Shown: piece after piece, positions 62,154-64,000 of the stretch
How positions within the stretch are numbered: position 1 is the first letter of the stretch
Layout of the letters: the number at the start of each line of letters is the position of its first letter
Assembly (NCBI RefSeq): GCF_013004595.1
Contig: NZ_JABEMC010000003.1
Span: 124,001 to 188,000, forward strand
Reading direction: 5' to 3'
Origin: Brevibacterium luteolum
GTDB taxonomy: Bacteria > Actinomycetota > Actinomycetes > Actinomycetales > Brevibacteriaceae
DNA length: 64,000 nucleotides
Translations under genes and position numbers: made by a program
The notes under the pieces: generated by a model
Seen by the model: only the letters and a program-made list of their open reading frames with translations
Told to the model about the DNA's origin: nothing
Database searches by the model: none

Positions 62154-63797
62154 ATGGCCCGAGTCACGCGCACCGGCTGGGTGCTCGCCGCTGTTGCGGC
62201 GGCAGCCATGGCGGCGGTGCTCATCATCATCGCCGGCATCAATCCGCAGCTGGGCTCCTCCCCGCTCGACACAGCCAAGCGCGCCGCACAGTCCTTCGCC
62301 GATGACGCCGTGGCGGCAGGTCCCTGGACGGATCCGGCCGCCGCCGGCCGGGCACACGATCAGCTCCAGCACCAGCTGCGCCCTGCCGGCCTGCACGCAC
62401 CGGTGGCCGTGAAGGTCATCGAGCTTGCCGAGATCGATTCGTCCCGGCAGCGGGCGACCCTGTCGTGGGCGTGGCTGACGAACCCGCGTTCACGCACCCA
62501 GGTCCCGGACTGGTCCTACACCTCCGAGGTCGATGTGGTGAAGGACCAGCTGTCGTGGAAGGCCGAGTACCGGCCTGAGGTCGTCCACCCGCAGCTGCAT
62601 GACGACGCTGAGATCACCGCAGAGGTCGAAGCAGCGCCGCGGGCGAAGATCCTCGGATCCGGCGATGAAGTGCTCACCAGCGTCGAACCGGTCATCAGTG
62701 TCGGGGTCGAACCGGCCCGCACCGATGATCCCGCCCAGACAGCAGACGACACCGCAGCCGCACTCGCCGGGATCACTGACATCGACGCCCAAGCGCTGAC
62801 CAGCCGCATCGAAGCGGCAGCCGAACACGCCTTCGTCCCGGTCGTCACGATCCGCGCTGATGACTACCGCGATATCGCCGATGAGCTGCGCCCGATCCCC
62901 GGCACCGTGTTCCGCAGCCAGGACATGTCCGTGCCCGTGCACCGCGGGCTGGCGCCCCTGCTGCTCGGCCGGGTGGGTGCTGCGACTGCCGAGGATCTGG
63001 AGGAGGACCCGCTGCTGCGCGACGGCGACCTCGTCGGCCAGTCGGGTCTGCAGAAGCTGTACCAAGCGGAGCTCTCCGGCCGCGCCGGTGTCGACCTGCA
63101 GGTCGATGGCGAGACGATCCTCAGCGTCGATGCCGTGCCGGCCCCGCCGGTGACGACCTCGATCGAACGCGATCTTCAGCAGCGTGCCGATGAAGCCGCC
63201 GCATCCGCCGGTGCACCAGTGGGCATCGTCGTCATCGACTCCGTGAGCGGAGAAGTCCGCGCAGTCGCCAACGCCGGCGGGGACTCAGGTTTCGACCGGG
63301 CGCTGAACGGCAGCTATCCGGACTCACCCGCCCACGCACTCACAACAGCCCTGGCGAAGGAACGCGGAGCCGCTGAGTCCGAGGTGCTCGCGGCGCTCGG
63401 CATCGAGCGGGTCGACCTGGGCATGCCGGCTGCCGTGTCGACGGGCGGGCAGCCGACCGGCAGCCCGGTGTCTGTCGCGATCGCCGCAGCCCGGGTGCTC
63501 ACCGGCCAGCAGCCAGCGGCCAGCCTCGTGCAGTCGGCCGGGGGAGAGGACCTGCCATCGCCGGCACCCGATGAGAGCCTGACGAAGGACGAACGCCAGA
63601 CACTGGAAGAACTCCTCGAACCCCACCTCGTCGACCTCACCGGCAGCGCGGGCACAGCAGAGGGCGAGACCGGCACGGTCGGCCCGTGGGCGATCGGGCA
63701 GCGCGGCGGACTCGTCGCAGCCGTCATCGTCGAACCAGCCGACGACGACCCGGCATCTGCCGGTGCCGTGCTCACCGAGGTGCTCACCGGCAGCTGA
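62154..63797 (+). CDS. Penicillin-binding-protein-like protein (NTF2-like N-domain and dimerisation domain) with degenerate, shortened transpeptidase domain
   Basis: N-terminal TM, VVHPQL, PRAKIL, GQSGLQ, SGEVRAVAN, FDRALNGSYP; no SxxK, SxN or KTG. Confidence 0.72.
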   Translation: MARVTRTGWVLAAVAAAAMAAVLIIIAGINPQLGSSPLDTAKRAAQSFADDAVAAGPWTDPAAAGRAHDQLQHQLRPAGLHAPVAVKVIELAEIDSSRQRATLSWAWLTNPRSRTQVPDWSYTSEVDVVKDQLSWKAEYRPEVVHPQLHDDAEITAEVEAAPRAKILGSGDEVLTSVEPVISVGVEPARTDDPAQTADDTAAALAGITDIDAQALTSRIEAAAEHAFVPVVTIRADDYRDIADELRPIPGTVFRSQDMSVPVHRGLAPLLLGRVGAATAEDLEEDPLLRDGDLVGQSGLQKLYQAELSGRAGVDLQVDGETILSVDAVPAPPVTTSIERDLQQRADEAAASAGAPVGIVVIDSVSGEVRAVANAGGDSGFDRALNGSYPDSPAHALTTALAKERGAAESEVLAALGIERVDLGMPAAVSTGGQPTGSPVSVAIAAARVLTGQQPAASLVQSAGGEDLPSPAPDESLTKDERQTLEELLEPHLVDLTGSAGTAEGETGTVGPWAIGQRGGLVAAVIVEPADDDPASAGAVLTEVLTGS

Positions 63798-63864
63798 CCG
63801 GGCTCTCACACTCAGGGCGTGTTGCCGCACCGGCAGCAGCCTGGGCAGCGGCTAGGCTGGGCTC

Positions 63865-64000
63865 ATGTCGAACTGCGTCATCGTCGTCTACACGCCCATC
63901 GACTCCGCTGATGCCGTGCGCGCAGCACTGGCTGCAGGCGGGGCCGGAGCCATCGGCGACTACACCGGTTGCTCCTTCTCCAGCCGCGGCACCGGCCGCT
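63865..64000 (+). CDS. YqfO/NIF3-insert (PII-like) small protein, runs off the window end
   Basis: MSNCVIVVYTPIDSADAVRAALAAGGAGAIGDYTGCSFSSRGTGR; TAGGCT 6 nt before the ATG. Confidence 0.8.
   Translation, partial: MSNCVIVVYTPIDSADAVRAALAAGGAGAIGDYTGCSFSSRGTGR

Overview
High-GC actinobacterial chromosome segment. Gene order and protein styles suggest Micrococcales, most like Brevibacterium (inference). Bases 1-39.9 kb are mostly core genome: clpX (5'-truncated), AIM24-family gene, valS, O-acyltransferase, SDR, T-box-regulated ileS-folC-DUF4233, ndk, VKOR, rne, an alanine/glycine:cation symporter, a degenerate malQ with chorismate mutase, rplU-rpmA-obgE-proB-proA, nadD-rsfS, GT4, a complete mrp Na+/H+ antiporter operon, a hydrolase and tRNA-Ala(GGC). 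After the tRNA comes more accessory material: a Phd/YefM-RelE toxin-antitoxin pair, a LysE pseudogene, GNAT, a TPP-riboswitch thiOSGF operon, an SSS transporter with a 43-aa partner, panC, an orphan aztD-like lipoprotein, GyrI-like, chrA, lysX, modR-modABC, a TPP-dependent enzyme and a degenerate PBP. I saw no CRISPR array, integrase, transposase or prophage gene, and no clearly new multi-gene system. The most interesting unexplained signals are: (i) a leaderless 31-codon uORF that folds into one long hairpin and is coupled by ATGA overlap to mrpA; (ii) two intact ORFs whose catalytic motifs appear erased (GH77/MalQ-like and PBP-like); (iii) small membrane proteins missed by the ORF track; (iv) several candidate operators and structured leaders. 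All calls come from motif recognition by eye; no searches were run.
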